This document shows, piece by piece, positions 29,156 through 39,121 of a stretch of 64,000 bases of DNA. The position numbers were made by a program, and so were the translations under genes. Below the pieces are notes generated by a model, which was not told the DNA's origin, searched no databases, and saw only the letters and a list, made by a program, of their open reading frames with translations. The DNA comes from Candidatus Dormiibacterota bacterium. GTDB taxonomy: Bacteria; Chloroflexota; Dormibacteria; CF-121. Where the stretch lies: positions 6,708 to 70,707 of the forward strand of contig DATCOB010000025.1 of the NCBI GenBank assembly GCA_036564925.1. The letters run 5' to 3'. Position 1 is the first letter of the stretch, and the number at the start of each line of letters is the position of its first letter.

Positions 29156-29740
29156 ATGTCCCGCAAGCACGAGCCGGAAGACGATCCGGCGGCCGGCCTT
29201 CATGAGGGGCCGGAACCTGGCGTGATCGACGGCCGGGCCAGCGCCAGCAGCGGCGGGGCGGCGGAAAAGCCCGCTGATCCGGATCGCCAGGCCGCCCTGG
29301 ATGAAGCCCAGGCGATGCTCGCACGCTACCAGCGATTGGCCGCCGACTTCGAGAACTACAAGCGGCGGACCATAAAGGACCTGGCCGACCGGACGCAGTA
29401 TGCGAACGAGGAACTCCTGCGCAAGCTGCTCCCAATCCTGGACAATTTCCAGCGCGCCCTTTCCCACCCGCCCGGCGACGTTGACCCGGGATGGTTGGAA
29501 GGCATCAAGCTCGTCGCGCGGCAATTCGAAGGCACGCTCGCGCAGCAGGGGTTGACCACCATCCCGGCGGTGGGCGAGAAGTTCGACCCTTCGCAGCATG
29601 AGGCGATCGCCAGCCAGGAGACCGAGGAGCACGAAGAGGGCACCATCGTCGAAGAGATGCAGCCGGGCTACCGGCTTCACGACCGTGTCCTGCGGCCCAC
29701 CCTGGTCAAGGTTGCCCAACCTCCCGCGTTGACACAGTAA
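29156..29740 (+). CDS. grpE: nucleotide exchange factor GrpE
   Basis: GrpE coiled-coil and core (YQRLAADFENYKRRTIKDL, LLPILDNFQRAL). Confidence 0.9.
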   Translation: MSRKHEPEDDPAAGLHEGPEPGVIDGRASASSGGAAEKPADPDRQAALDEAQAMLARYQRLAADFENYKRRTIKDLADRTQYANEELLRKLLPILDNFQRALSHPPGDVDPGWLEGIKLVARQFEGTLAQQGLTTIPAVGEKFDPSQHEAIASQETEEHEEGTIVEEMQPGYRLHDRVLRPTLVKVAQPPALTQ

Positions 29741-29743
29741 ACG

Positions 29744-30868
29744 ATGGCGATCAAGCGGGACTACTACGAGGTGCTGGGCGTCGGACGCAACGCCAGCGCC
29801 GAGGAACTGAAGCGGGCGTATCGCAAGCTGGCTCTCCAGTACCATCCGGACCGTAACCCCGATGATCCGCAGGCCGAGTCCCGCTTCAAGGAGATCAACG
29901 AAGCCTACGAGGTGCTGAGCGACCAGTCGAAGCGACAACGGTATGACACCTTCGGCCACGCGGGTACCCAGGGACAACCCGGCTTCGACTTCGGCGGGGC
30001 CGGATTCGGGGGCAGCGTCAATGACATCTTCGACATGTTCTTTGGGGCCGCGGCCGGCCAACGAAGCCGAACGGGGCCCCGTCGCGGGACCGATCTTCGG
30101 CTGGACCTGAAGATCAGCTTCGAAGACGCGGTCTTCGGCGTCGCCCGCGAGCTGACCATCCCCCGGGCCGAGGCGTGTGACGCGTGTCGGGGCAGCGGCG
30201 CCGAGGCCGGGACCACGGCACAGACCTGCTCCCAGTGCCGCGGGAGCGGCCAGGTTCGTCGGGCGAGCCAATCCATCTTCGGCCAGATCGTCAACGTCGC
30301 GGCCTGTCCGCGATGCAATGGCGAGGGCAAGGTCATCGAGAAGCCCTGCCGGAAGTGCGCCGGGAGCGGGCACCTCCCGGGTGAGAAGAAGATCCGCGTG
30401 AACATTCCCGCCGGCGTCGATTCGGGGTCGCAAATCCGGCTCTCCGGGGAAGGTGAAGCCGGCCCGCGCAACGGCGAGCCCGGCGATCTCTACATCGTCA
30501 TCCAGGTCAAGCCGCACGCGGTGCTTCGCCGCAACGGGACCGACGTCGTCTACGAACTGCCGCTCAGCGTCGCTCAGGCGGCGCTCGGCGACACCATCGA
30601 AATTCCGACCGTGGACGGGCCTGAGACGCTCGAGATCCCGGCGGGGACGCAGTATGGAAAGACGTTTAAGATTCACGGCCGAGGCGTGCCACACGTGCGT
30701 TCGGGACGGCGGGGCGATCAGATCATCTTCGTTCGCGTGGTGATCCCGACCAATCTGACCGAGGACCAAAAAGACGCGCTCCGGCAACTCGGCGGGGTCA
30801 GCGGCAAGCCGCAGCACATCGAGAAGGGCTTCTTCGACAAGTTCAAGCACGCGATCGGTCTCGAGTAA
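29744..30868 (+). CDS. dnaJ: molecular chaperone DnaJ
   Basis: J domain DYYEVLGV...HPDRNP, G/F region, four CxxCxGxG zinc-finger repeats, C-terminal domains. Confidence 0.95.
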   Translation: MAIKRDYYEVLGVGRNASAEELKRAYRKLALQYHPDRNPDDPQAESRFKEINEAYEVLSDQSKRQRYDTFGHAGTQGQPGFDFGGAGFGGSVNDIFDMFFGAAAGQRSRTGPRRGTDLRLDLKISFEDAVFGVARELTIPRAEACDACRGSGAEAGTTAQTCSQCRGSGQVRRASQSIFGQIVNVAACPRCNGEGKVIEKPCRKCAGSGHLPGEKKIRVNIPAGVDSGSQIRLSGEGEAGPRNGEPGDLYIVIQVKPHAVLRRNGTDVVYELPLSVAQAALGDTIEIPTVDGPETLEIPAGTQYGKTFKIHGRGVPHVRSGRRGDQIIFVRVVIPTNLTEDQKDALRQLGGVSGKPQHIEKGFFDKFKHAIGLE

Positions 30869-30887
30869 CCCGCCTAGACTGAACCGC

Positions 30888-31088
30888 GTGTCGACGGCTT
30901 TTCGGATTCTGCTCGGCCTCGGGGTTGCCGCCGCGGCCCTGGTGATCATCATGGGGCCCGCGTGGCGCGGAAGCTTTTACCGAAGCTGGGTCCGGCCTCG
31001 CATGGTGGCCTTTGGCATCGTCGTGGTGGTGATGGCGACGGTTGCCTACCTCTATCGGGTGGTCAATGCGCTGCGAGCGCATGGATGA
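30888..31088 (+). CDS. small two-TM membrane protein (hypothetical)
   Basis: GTG start; two hydrophobic helices; stop overlaps start of downstream ferredoxin (coupling). Confidence 0.35.
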   Translation: MSTAFRILLGLGVAAAALVIIMGPAWRGSFYRSWVRPRMVAFGIVVVVMATVAYLYRVVNALRAHG

Positions 31089-31351
31089 GCCGCCGATTTC
31101 GCGTGACGTTCATCCGAAGCGGGACCACCGTCGAGGTGGGAGAGGATGAGGGCGTCCTGGGCGCGGGCCTCCGCGCGGGTCTGCGCCTCGCCTTTGATTG
31201 CCGGAAAGGGCGGTGCAAGACCTGCATGGTCAAGGTCGATGGCATCATCGACCAGGCGGATGCGTGGTTGATCAGTAACCAGGAGCTGGCCCAGGGCTAT
31301 GCGCTGATCTGCGTCGGCAAGCCCCGTAGCGACCTCACCGTCCACGCGTGA
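31085..31351 (+). CDS. plant-type [2Fe-2S] ferredoxin-like protein
   Basis: CRKGRCKTCMV (C-x4-C-x2-C) plus distal Cys in ALICVGKP; 88 aa. Confidence 0.65.
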   Translation: MSRRFRVTFIRSGTTVEVGEDEGVLGAGLRAGLRLAFDCRKGRCKTCMVKVDGIIDQADAWLISNQELAQGYALICVGKPRSDLTVHA

Positions 31352-31362
31352 GGACCAGGTAA

Positions 31363-32541
31363 ATGCGGTTCACCCTCGTCGACCTGGTCATCCTGGCGGC
31401 CGTGGTGTTCGCGATCGGTAGCGGATACCGCCGCGGCCTGTCACTCTCGCTTTCGCAATACGCGGGGCTCGTCATCGGCGTCGTGGTGGGCGCCGCCCTG
31501 GCGCCGATCGTCCTGCGGATGCTGCACGTGACCGATCCCACGTCGCGATCGCTGGGCGGCATCCTGGTGCTGGTCCTCTTCGGGGCGGTCGGCAGCAGCA
31601 TCGGCTATGGGGTTGGCGAGCCGATCCGTCTCCGGGTCCTGGCCCGGGCGGATCGGGGGCGTCGCGACAGCATCCTTGGCGCCGGATTTTCGGCGATCGC
31701 GCTGTTATCGGTCTCCTGGTTTCTCGGCCTCAGCCTGGGCCGGGTGCCAAGTCCTGAACTCTCCCAGGCGATTCAGCGCTCGGTCGTCCTGCGGGCGCTG
31801 GATGCCGTCGCGCCCCGGCCCCCCGGCTTTCTCGCCCAGGTCCAGGTGATCGTCTCCGGGGTGCGGTTCCCGTCGGCGTTTTCCGGCTTCGAGCCGCTGC
31901 TTCCCTCGTCACAACCGGTGCCGACCACGGTGGATACGCCGGGCATCCGCATGGCCGCGGGCGAGACGGTAAAGGTAGTGGGCTATGGGTGCGGCGGCAT
32001 CGTCTTCGGCAGCGGGTTTCCGGTCGCCCCCGGCATGATCCTGACCAACGCGCACGTGGTGGCGGGGACGCAGGGCACGACGGTCCGTGCCCTTGACGGC
32101 CGCACGCTCAGTGCCCGCGTCGTCCTCTTCGACCCCGATCGTGACGTGGCCATCCTCTACGTGCCCCGCCTGGCCATGGCTCCGCTTGGCATGGCCCTCG
32201 GGCAGCGCGGGACGCAGGGCGCCGCCATCGGCTATCCCGGCGGGGGACCGGAGGCGGTGTCACCGGCGGTGATCGACGGTGAGGTGCAGGCGGAAGGACG
32301 GGACATCTACGGCCAGAACCTGGTCGTCCGCCAGATCTGGATCACGGAGGCTGGCGTCAAGCCGGGGAACTCGGGCGGCCCGTTGGTCGATCGTGACGGG
32401 AACGTCCTGGGCGTCATCTTCGCCGCCTCGACCAGCCAGCCGGGGCAGGCCTACGCGCTCACCGATGCGGCGGTCCAGCCGGACATCACGGCGGCGGAAG
32501 GCCGGCGCCAGGGCGTCGGCGTCGGCGACTGCGCCCTCTAG
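31363..32541 (+). CDS. MarP-family membrane serine protease (CvpA-like TM domain + trypsin-like domain)
   Basis: AGGTAA SD; N-terminal 4-TM CvpA-like; trypsin triad context TNAHVV, DVAIL, GNSGGPLV. Confidence 0.8.
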   Translation: MRFTLVDLVILAAVVFAIGSGYRRGLSLSLSQYAGLVIGVVVGAALAPIVLRMLHVTDPTSRSLGGILVLVLFGAVGSSIGYGVGEPIRLRVLARADRGRRDSILGAGFSAIALLSVSWFLGLSLGRVPSPELSQAIQRSVVLRALDAVAPRPPGFLAQVQVIVSGVRFPSAFSGFEPLLPSSQPVPTTVDTPGIRMAAGETVKVVGYGCGGIVFGSGFPVAPGMILTNAHVVAGTQGTTVRALDGRTLSARVVLFDPDRDVAILYVPRLAMAPLGMALGQRGTQGAAIGYPGGGPEAVSPAVIDGEVQAEGRDIYGQNLVVRQIWITEAGVKPGNSGGPLVDRDGNVLGVIFAASTSQPGQAYALTDAAVQPDITAAEGRRQGVGVGDCAL

Positions 32542-32578
32542 TGTCGAATGACATAACAGGTAACATCTTTTCCCACAA

Positions 32579-33790
32579 ATGAAATCATCGATCGACGAAC
32601 CGATGGATCGACGGAAAGATGAGCCGGTGAGCCACTGGAGAGAGCTCCTGCGGCCGGTCGAGGTCCTGGTCTGGCTCCTGATCGCGGTGGTCGTGGTCGA
32701 GCTCTATACCCGGGCCGGGTTCCTGATCACGCACCTGTTCAGCGTGCTCCTGCTCTTCGTCTTCGCCGCCATCATCGCCCTGCTGCTGACGCCGGTGGTG
32801 GATCGGATCGAGACCGTCTGGATCTTTCGCAAGCGGCGCGGGCTCGCCGTGATCGCGCTCCTGCTGGTGGTGATCGCCGTGATCGCGGGCCTCATCCTGC
32901 TGATCGCCCCGTCCCTGACGGCGCAGGCTCGTCAGATCCCATCTTTGATCGGCAAGGCTCAGGGCACCCTGATCGACCTCCAGAACCAGCTCAACAGCCA
33001 CGGCATCCCCTTTCGGTTCGATCTGAAGACGGGACCCTCGAATGGCGCGGTGATCGGCTCCGCGCTCGGCATCCTTTCCGGCACGTTGACCACCGTCATT
33101 GACATCCTGCTGGTGACCGTGATCACGGTCTACCTGCTGGCGCAGGGGCGCGAGTTGATCGCCGCTCTGCGCAAGCTCTTTCCCGGGCACCACGCGGTCT
33201 TCGACTTCGCCATGCTGGCGGTGGGCACCACCATGGCCGGCTACGCCCGCGGCCAGTTGATCATGTCGGTCCTGATGGGCCTCTACACGGGGATCGGCAT
33301 GAGTATCGTGGGCGTCCACTACGCCATCGTCCTTGGGATCCTGACCTTTTTCCTTGAGTTCATCCCGTTGGTCGGCGCCCCTCTCGGGATGGCCACCGCG
33401 GTCGTGGTGGCCCTCTTTCAAAGCCCGTTCACCGCTTTGTTGGCTGCGGTCGTGGGGGTTGGGGGTCACGCCATCGAGGCCTACATCGTCGGACCGCGGG
33501 TCAGCGGGCACGCCACCCGCCTGCATCCGCTCGCGGCCATGGCGGCGTTACTGGTGGGGGCGGAGCTCGGCGGTGTGCTGGGTGCCCTCTTCGCCATCCC
33601 CCTGGCCGCGATCGCGAACGTGTTTCTGGGCGCCATGTACCGCGCCGGACGCGGCCAGGAGGCGCTGACCACCAGCGAGGACGGCGTGGTCAAACCGGTC
33701 GCCCTGCCCCGGCTCGGGGAGGAGATCGGCGAAGTCAAGGAGGAAGGCGCGCTCGAAGGCGACGTCCCCCACACCGCCGGCGACGCTTAA
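32579..33790 (+). CDS. AI-2E family transporter (PerM/UPF0118)
   Basis: 8-TM topology and AI-2E family conserved C-terminal segment. Confidence 0.8.
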   Translation: MKSSIDEPMDRRKDEPVSHWRELLRPVEVLVWLLIAVVVVELYTRAGFLITHLFSVLLLFVFAAIIALLLTPVVDRIETVWIFRKRRGLAVIALLLVVIAVIAGLILLIAPSLTAQARQIPSLIGKAQGTLIDLQNQLNSHGIPFRFDLKTGPSNGAVIGSALGILSGTLTTVIDILLVTVITVYLLAQGRELIAALRKLFPGHHAVFDFAMLAVGTTMAGYARGQLIMSVLMGLYTGIGMSIVGVHYAIVLGILTFFLEFIPLVGAPLGMATAVVVALFQSPFTALLAAVVGVGGHAIEAYIVGPRVSGHATRLHPLAAMAALLVGAELGGVLGALFAIPLAAIANVFLGAMYRAGRGQEALTTSEDGVVKPVALPRLGEEIGEVKEEGALEGDVPHTAGDA

Positions 33791-33811
33791 CCCCGTAGGC
33801 CGCCGCCTGGT

Positions 33812-35188
33812 CTACGGCGTGCTGGCCGGCGCCGGTGACGGATGCGGCTCCTGGATGTTTTGCTGTCCCTGGATCTGCATCTGCCCCGCGATCAGGTCGG
33901 GCGCGCGGCCGTTCTCGCGGATGTAGGCCATGGTCACGATCATCGCCATGGTCAGCACGGTCATGACCATCAACAGGCGCTGCTCGCCGCGCCGGGCGCT
34001 CCCCCATACGACGCCGGGCAAGCCACGCAGGTACCAGACGACCGCCGCGATGGCGATCAACGTGTAGGTCATCAAGGCGAGGACCTTCCAGGGGATCATG
34101 GCTCCCAGCGGATTGATCAAGCCGCCCTGCCAGAAGGGACGGTCGAGCCCAGCCGCCTGCACCTGGTCCAGGGTGAAGGCGAGATGGTAGGGCATCGCCG
34201 CGAGCAGGGTGGTGAGGACCATGCCCGCCGCCATCAGCTTCAGCAGACCTGCGCCGCGGGCCTCGTTCGTCCGTAGCCGCCGGGCGAAGTAGAAGGTCGC
34301 CGTGAGGAACATGATGCCGAGCAGGGTCATCTGCCACAGGAAAACGGTGCTGAGGCTTCCCCGCATCATCTTGTACCAGCTGCCGTAGGTGTGGAGCTGG
34401 ATCTCCTTGGCGTATGAGTAGCCGATGATGGGCTGGAGCAGAGTCATCGCCACGCCCCAGATCAGTCCAAAGCTGCCGGCCCAATCGTAGAAGGCTTTGT
34501 CCTCGGCGGTCTTCGCCCGGAGGAACTTGATGGCGCAGAACCCGCCGAAGGCGAAGCCGATATAGGCGAGGTTGCCGACCGTCCGGTGAAGGGTCAGCGG
34601 ATACGACGTCGGGTTGAGCACCAGGCGGATGGGATTGGTCGGATTGGTCGGGGTCAACATGTAGCTGGCCACGATGTCGATCATGTAGACCTGGATGAAG
34701 GAGGCGATCGCGAGCAGGCCGCCCAGCGCCATGTGCACACCTTTGAACGACCGCAACGGATCCCAGGTGTAGTACCAGAGATAGGCGAGAACCACCTGCA
34801 GGACGAATGACCAGGCCTCGATGAACAGGGGCCACCAGGCAATCGTCACCATCGTCGTCCAGAAATGGCCCCAGAGTCCGACCAGCAAAACCGTGATCAG
34901 CAGGATGGCGATAAAGGAGCTGAAGCTGAAGTAAACCGTGATGAACCGGCCCAGGCCATGGGCCAGGCGATCGTAACGCGGACGTTGGCGCATGTAGCCG
35001 AGCCACTCGATCGCCGGGCCGAGCTCGGCGGCTCCACTGATCAGACCAGCGATCAGGATATGGATCGAAAAGAGGCCGCCGATCGCCGCCCGCGCCGCCA
35101 CGCTGTTGCTGCCCTGGGGCGCGGTCGCCGGAAGCTGGGTCGCGAGAAGGTGGAACCAGGGTGCGATGACCGCGATCAACCCGCTCAC
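33812..35188 (-). CDS. polytopic membrane protein of unknown function, paralogous to 37152..38408 (last gene of Rieske/cyt b operon)
   Basis: GTG start overlapping cyt b stop (GTGA); >10 TM; shares N-terminal signature SIHILIAGL...LGPAIEWLGYMR with the 418-aa protein (LIHIIFGSF...LGPTFEWIGVVR); longer 755-aa ORF rejected. Confidence 0.6.
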   Translation of the reverse strand: MSGLIAVIAPWFHLLATQLPATAPQGSNSVAARAAIGGLFSIHILIAGLISGAAELGPAIEWLGYMRQRPRYDRLAHGLGRFITVYFSFSSFIAILLITVLLVGLWGHFWTTMVTIAWWPLFIEAWSFVLQVVLAYLWYYTWDPLRSFKGVHMALGGLLAIASFIQVYMIDIVASYMLTPTNPTNPIRLVLNPTSYPLTLHRTVGNLAYIGFAFGGFCAIKFLRAKTAEDKAFYDWAGSFGLIWGVAMTLLQPIIGYSYAKEIQLHTYGSWYKMMRGSLSTVFLWQMTLLGIMFLTATFYFARRLRTNEARGAGLLKLMAAGMVLTTLLAAMPYHLAFTLDQVQAAGLDRPFWQGGLINPLGAMIPWKVLALMTYTLIAIAAVVWYLRGLPGVVWGSARRGEQRLLMVMTVLTMAMIVTMAYIRENGRAPDLIAGQMQIQGQQNIQEPHPSPAPASTP

Positions 35189-36351
35189 AGGTTGAACAAC
35201 CGCCCTGACCCGAGCAGGGTGAGGATCACCATAAACAGCACCGCGAACGCGCCCGGCACCATGACGGCCGGTCGCTCGAACGGGTTGCGTTCCGGTCCCC
35301 GGTCGATGAACGGCAGCGCGAGAAGCAGCAGGACGCCGCCGGCCGGCAGAACCAGGACCAGTGGGATCAACTGCTTGGGCACGACCACCAGAAGCTGGTC
35401 CAGCGGGAGGTAGAACCACTGCGGGACGGGCGTATAGCTCGTGGTCGCCGGGTCCGCGGTCGCCTCCAGGGGTGCGCCGATCGTGACCGCCAGGATGAAC
35501 ACCAACAAGACCAGGGCGGCGGACACCACGCCATCCTTGAAGGTCTGGTGGGGGTAGAAGTCCTCGGTCTCGAGTGGTGCGGCCCACAGCTCGTCGGATG
35601 GGGTGGCTGGATACGGTGGCTCGATGCGCCGCTGCTGCGGAGCCGGCGGGACCTCGACGCCCTCGCGCGTCCGGTAGGCGCCGCGGTAGTTGACGTACGA
35701 TCCGAATTCCCCGTGCTTGCGGAGCAGCGCCAGGTGCGCGCCGATCAACGGGAAAAGAATGGCCGGCAGCAACCAGATATGAATGCCGAAGGTTCGGACG
35801 AGCGTGATGGGGCCGACAACATCGCCCCCCCGCCAGAGGGCGCGAATGAAGGAGCCGATCACCGGCGTATACGCGGGAATATTGGTCACGACGACGGCCG
35901 TCCAGTAGGCCGCCTGATCCCAGGGAAGGAATGCTCCCGTGATGGCCATCCCCAGCACGAGCACGAGCAACCCGACCCCGGTCACCCAGTTGAGCTCGCG
36001 TGGGCGCTTGTACGAGCCCGAAAAAAACGTTCGGACCATGTGCAGGCCGATCATGAATAGGAGGATGTACGCCGACCACAGGTGAATGCCGCGCACGATC
36101 GAGCCGAACGCGTCGTGCTCCTTGATGTAGTCCAGGCTCTCCCAGGCCTCCTTGACCGACGGGACGTACAGGAGCGTGAGGAAGATGCCCGTGATCAGTT
36201 GCAGAATGATCAGAACAAGGGTCGCGCTTCCAAGCGTGTAGAACCAGGCCCCTTTAACGGGCACCGCCTCGTAGAGCCCCTTCCGCAGCAGGCTCCGGAT
36301 CGCCGACCGCTCGTCGAGCCAGTTGTACGCCGAGCCGAGCCAGCGCCGCAT
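35185..36351 (-). CDS. cytochrome b (b6-like N-terminal + subunit-IV-like C-terminal, fused)
   Basis: Heme-ligand His pairs in helices B and D (GIHLWSAYILLFMIGLHMVRTF; FGIHIWLLPAILFPLIGAHLALLRKH), PWDQ motif, C-terminal PQWF (PEWY-type) segment; ATG 5 nt after Rieske stop. Confidence 0.9.
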   Translation of the reverse strand: MRRWLGSAYNWLDERSAIRSLLRKGLYEAVPVKGAWFYTLGSATLVLIILQLITGIFLTLLYVPSVKEAWESLDYIKEHDAFGSIVRGIHLWSAYILLFMIGLHMVRTFFSGSYKRPRELNWVTGVGLLVLVLGMAITGAFLPWDQAAYWTAVVVTNIPAYTPVIGSFIRALWRGGDVVGPITLVRTFGIHIWLLPAILFPLIGAHLALLRKHGEFGSYVNYRGAYRTREGVEVPPAPQQRRIEPPYPATPSDELWAAPLETEDFYPHQTFKDGVVSAALVLLVFILAVTIGAPLEATADPATTSYTPVPQWFYLPLDQLLVVVPKQLIPLVLVLPAGGVLLLLALPFIDRGPERNPFERPAVMVPGAFAVLFMVILTLLGSGRLFNL

Positions 36352-36355
36352 GGCC

Positions 36356-36847
36356 TCAGATGTCCTCGGTGAATCGGTTTTCGATGTACAGCGTCGTGCC
36401 GTCGATCCGGTGCACGAACTCAGGCAGTGGTTTAGGCGGCGGACCTCCCACGTTGTGACCGCTGATGTCGTAGAGGCCGCCATGGCAGGGACAGAGGAAC
36501 TGGCCGAGCGTCTTTTCCCAGCGCACCGGACACTGCATGTGCGAGCAGACGTTGGAGAGCACCTTCGTCTGGCCGTTCACCCTGACCACGTACACCGCCT
36601 GCTTGACCTCGGGCACGTCCCACGCATTCTGGGGAAAAGCCACTTCGAATTTGGTTGGTTCGCGATCCGGCACGCCGCTGATGTCACCGACCATTCGCTC
36701 CACGTACTGCTGGCGGCGAAACAACGGTGACAGTAGGAAGCCGATGATCGGAATTCCCAGGGCGAGCCCGACGATGGCGCCGGAGAGCTGGGTGCCGAGG
36801 ATGCCGAACTGGCGACGGCTCAGCCGCCGGGGATCAGGAAGCGCCAT
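36356..36847 (-). CDS. Rieske [2Fe-2S] iron-sulfur protein
   Basis: Tat signal SRRQFGILG; Rieske boxes CSHMQC ... CPCHGG; 163 aa. Confidence 0.9.
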   Translation of the reverse strand: MALPDPRRLSRRQFGILGTQLSGAIVGLALGIPIIGFLLSPLFRRQQYVERMVGDISGVPDREPTKFEVAFPQNAWDVPEVKQAVYVVRVNGQTKVLSNVCSHMQCPVRWEKTLGQFLCPCHGGLYDISGHNVGGPPPKPLPEFVHRIDGTTLYIENRFTEDI

Positions 36848-37070
36848 AGCGGATGAATCCGTAGAGCACCCCGGCCGTGCCGAGGACGATGAACAGCAGG
36901 GTGACCGTGATCGCGCCGCCCACCAGCCAGAAGGTGAGCACCGACTGATCGTGGCCGCGCTTGAACCAGCGACGAAGCCCGGCGACGACGATCCCGATCA
37001 GGAGCAGCGTCAGCCCCACCATGAAGCCGCTGATCAGCGCCAAATAAAAAAATGTTTGCAGACTACCCAT
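36834..37070 (-). CDS. small two-TM membrane protein (hypothetical, operon with Rieske)
   Basis: 78 aa, two hydrophobic helices, overlaps Rieske start by 14 nt. Confidence 0.45.
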   Translation of the reverse strand: MGSLQTFFYLALISGFMVGLTLLLIGIVVAGLRRWFKRGHDQSVLTFWLVGGAITVTLLFIVLGTAGVLYGFIRYGAS

Positions 37071-37128
37071 TCGGGGTTCCCTTGAAAGGGAAGTTAGCGA
37101 GCCCGCAGGGCGAGCCGCGCTTTCGCGC

Positions 37129-37167
37129 GTGTAAGTCTCTGTGGAAGCAGGTCACGGGTAGTACCCC
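37129..37167 (+). repeat. copy B of the AAGTCTCTGTG...GAAG...GGTAG..CC motif
   Basis: GTGTAAGTCTCTGTGGAAGCAGGTCACGGGTAGTACCCC; straddles stop codon of the 418-aa membrane-protein gene. Confidence 0.55.
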
Positions 37168-38408
37168 TTGCTGGGTGACTGGAAGATGCCGTAGCTGTCG
37201 CCCTCTTTGAGCTGCCCGTAGATCGTGTAGTCGCTGCGGGCCGTCGTCCGGATCACGCCCATCAAGAGGAAGAGAAGCATGGCGCTCATCCCGGTCACCG
37301 CCAGGGTCACCTGGCTGCTGCGTCGAAGATCCTGTGTCACCACGCGCACCCGCGGCCGCGAGGCGAGCCAGTGCACGAGGCTGAGGAGCACCGCCACCGT
37401 CAGGGCGATGTACCGCAGCCAGAAAAGATGCTTCGGATACAGGGCGGCGGGGGTCATGGTGATCAGCGAGGCCACGATGACGATCACGGTGAGCGGGAGC
37501 CCGGGCGGGCTTGGACGCGACTGCCAGAAATAGAGGTTGGTGCCGATGAGGAGGATCGCGAGGAACGTCGCCTGGATCAGCCAGAGCCAGGCGAATGGCC
37601 CCTGCATCGAGTACTGGAAGGCGCCGGGCGATGCCTGCTTGACGCTCTCGACGAAGACTGCCCCCAGCACGATCTGGGGGATCAGGGTGAGGAATCCGAC
37701 CACCAGGCTGGTGCGGGCGGCCCAGTGGTGATAGAGGCGGTCGGCCGGCAACCGGCTGGCGGCCGCGTAGATCGCCGCGACCGCGGCGATGAAGAACGAT
37801 GCCCAGGAGAGGTTGCCGATGAAGCGATGGCCGAGTTCCGGCCAGTAGGAGGGGTTGAAGAAGGCACCCGATCCGCGGCCGGCCCCCGGGGTGAGCAAGA
37901 AGCTATCGAGGGCCACGATGATGAAAAGGAAGACGTGCTCGGTCGCCGCGGTGAAGTAGCCGATCCCGATGTGCAATCCCTTGCGTGTTGCGAACCGGTC
38001 CCAGCGCAGGTTGTAGGTCAAAAGGCCGATCAGGGTCAGGAACCAGATGCTGAACGCGATCACGGCCGGCCAGAAAAAGGTGGTGATCAGGATTACAAAG
38101 AACCTCGGATAAAGCCCGGTGACCACGATGACCGCGAAACCGCCGAGCGTCGCGCCCAGGCTGAAGATCTTGACGTTGACGTTGCCGAGCGCCCGGGCAT
38201 AGCGCTCGAACCGCGGGTCCTTGCGGACGACGCCGATCCACTCGAAAGTTGGGCCCAGCACGAGCGAGCCCATCGTGAAGGAGCCGAAGATGATGTGGAT
38301 CAGAAAGAAGATGCCAACGGTCCATCGGTTGGTGATGAAGGGGATCTGGACGCTCGGCTGATCGATCTTGTATGACTCGGCGAGCCATGCCAGCCCGGTC
38401 AGGACCAT
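37152..38408 (-). CDS. polytopic membrane protein of unknown function (paralog of 33812..35188)
   Basis: 418 aa, ~10-12 TM, aromatic-rich; start 2 nt after ABC-2 permease stop. Confidence 0.6.
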   Translation of the reverse strand: MVLTGLAWLAESYKIDQPSVQIPFITNRWTVGIFFLIHIIFGSFTMGSLVLGPTFEWIGVVRKDPRFERYARALGNVNVKIFSLGATLGGFAVIVVTGLYPRFFVILITTFFWPAVIAFSIWFLTLIGLLTYNLRWDRFATRKGLHIGIGYFTAATEHVFLFIIVALDSFLLTPGAGRGSGAFFNPSYWPELGHRFIGNLSWASFFIAAVAAIYAAASRLPADRLYHHWAARTSLVVGFLTLIPQIVLGAVFVESVKQASPGAFQYSMQGPFAWLWLIQATFLAILLIGTNLYFWQSRPSPPGLPLTVIVIVASLITMTPAALYPKHLFWLRYIALTVAVLLSLVHWLASRPRVRVVTQDLRRSSQVTLAVTGMSAMLLFLLMGVIRTTARSDYTIYGQLKEGDSYGIFQSPSKGYYP

Positions 38409-38410
38409 CC

Positions 38411-39121
38411 CTACTCGGACTCCAGGACCCGGCGGCCCATTCGCCCAATCACGCCGGCGGCACCGACCAGGAAACCGATGCCTCCCAGGACCGTCTCCCA
38501 GGGGAGCAGGTTGGGCTGGCCGCCGAGCGCCCCGAGGAGGGATTCATGAAGGTAGCTGAAGGGGAGCAACCGCGAGACGAGCAGCAGCGCGGGCTGGGTC
38601 AGGGGCGTAAAGACGCCAGAGAGGTAGAGCACGGGGAGGAGCGGGATGAACACGTAGAGCATGACCTCGCCCGGAGAGTCGGAGAGCACGCTGGCGGCTG
38701 CCCCCAGCAGGTTCCCGATCAGCAAGACGGCCGCTACTGTCAGCAGGAGGGCGGGCCACCAGGCGAAGGCGCCGGGGTGCCGAACCCCGATCAGGAGGAG
38801 CACGGGCCCGAGTTGCAGAAAGTCGATGGCCGCGTTCGTGGCGAGGCGCTCCAGCAAGAGGCGTCCGGGCGTCACGGGAAGGGTCCGATAGCGCAGCGTC
38901 AGGCCAGCCTGGCGTTCACGGGTCAGCACGGCTCCGGCGCCGAGCGCGCCGATGATCGCGACCAACATGCTGAGGGCCATGGCGGCGTAGAAGCCCGGGG
39001 CGCCACTGAACAGCAACGGGATCGCCACGAGCAAAGGGAAGAGCAGCTTGATGACCAGGGCACGCCGTCGCTGGGAGAATTCGACGAACTCGCGCTGCCA
39101 GATGGTGCCGGCCCGCATCAT
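38411..39121 (-). CDS. ABC-2 type transporter permease
   Basis: 6-TM ABC-2 family pattern; 4-nt overlap with upstream ATPase gene. Confidence 0.75.
   Translation of the reverse strand: MMRAGTIWQREFVEFSQRRRALVIKLLFPLLVAIPLLFSGAPGFYAAMALSMLVAIIGALGAGAVLTRERQAGLTLRYRTLPVTPGRLLLERLATNAAIDFLQLGPVLLLIGVRHPGAFAWWPALLLTVAAVLLIGNLLGAAASVLSDSPGEVMLYVFIPLLPVLYLSGVFTPLTQPALLLVSRLLPFSYLHESLLGALGGQPNLLPWETVLGGIGFLVGAAGVIGRMGRRVLESE

Noticed and set aside
33812-36079. 755-aa version of the last gene of the Rieske operon
   Set aside because: Its N-terminal 300 aa overlap the cytochrome b gene in another frame and are Arg/Pro-rich junk. A GTG start overlapping the cyt b stop (GTGA) gives a clean 458-aa membrane protein.
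37168-37196. Mini-ORFs following motif copies B (LLGDWKMP) and C (MRKGWLIPTA, 58080-58112)
   Set aside because: Nine to ten codons, no SD, and copy B lies inside the 3' end of a minus-strand gene. Noted as a curiosity of the repeat, not called as genes.
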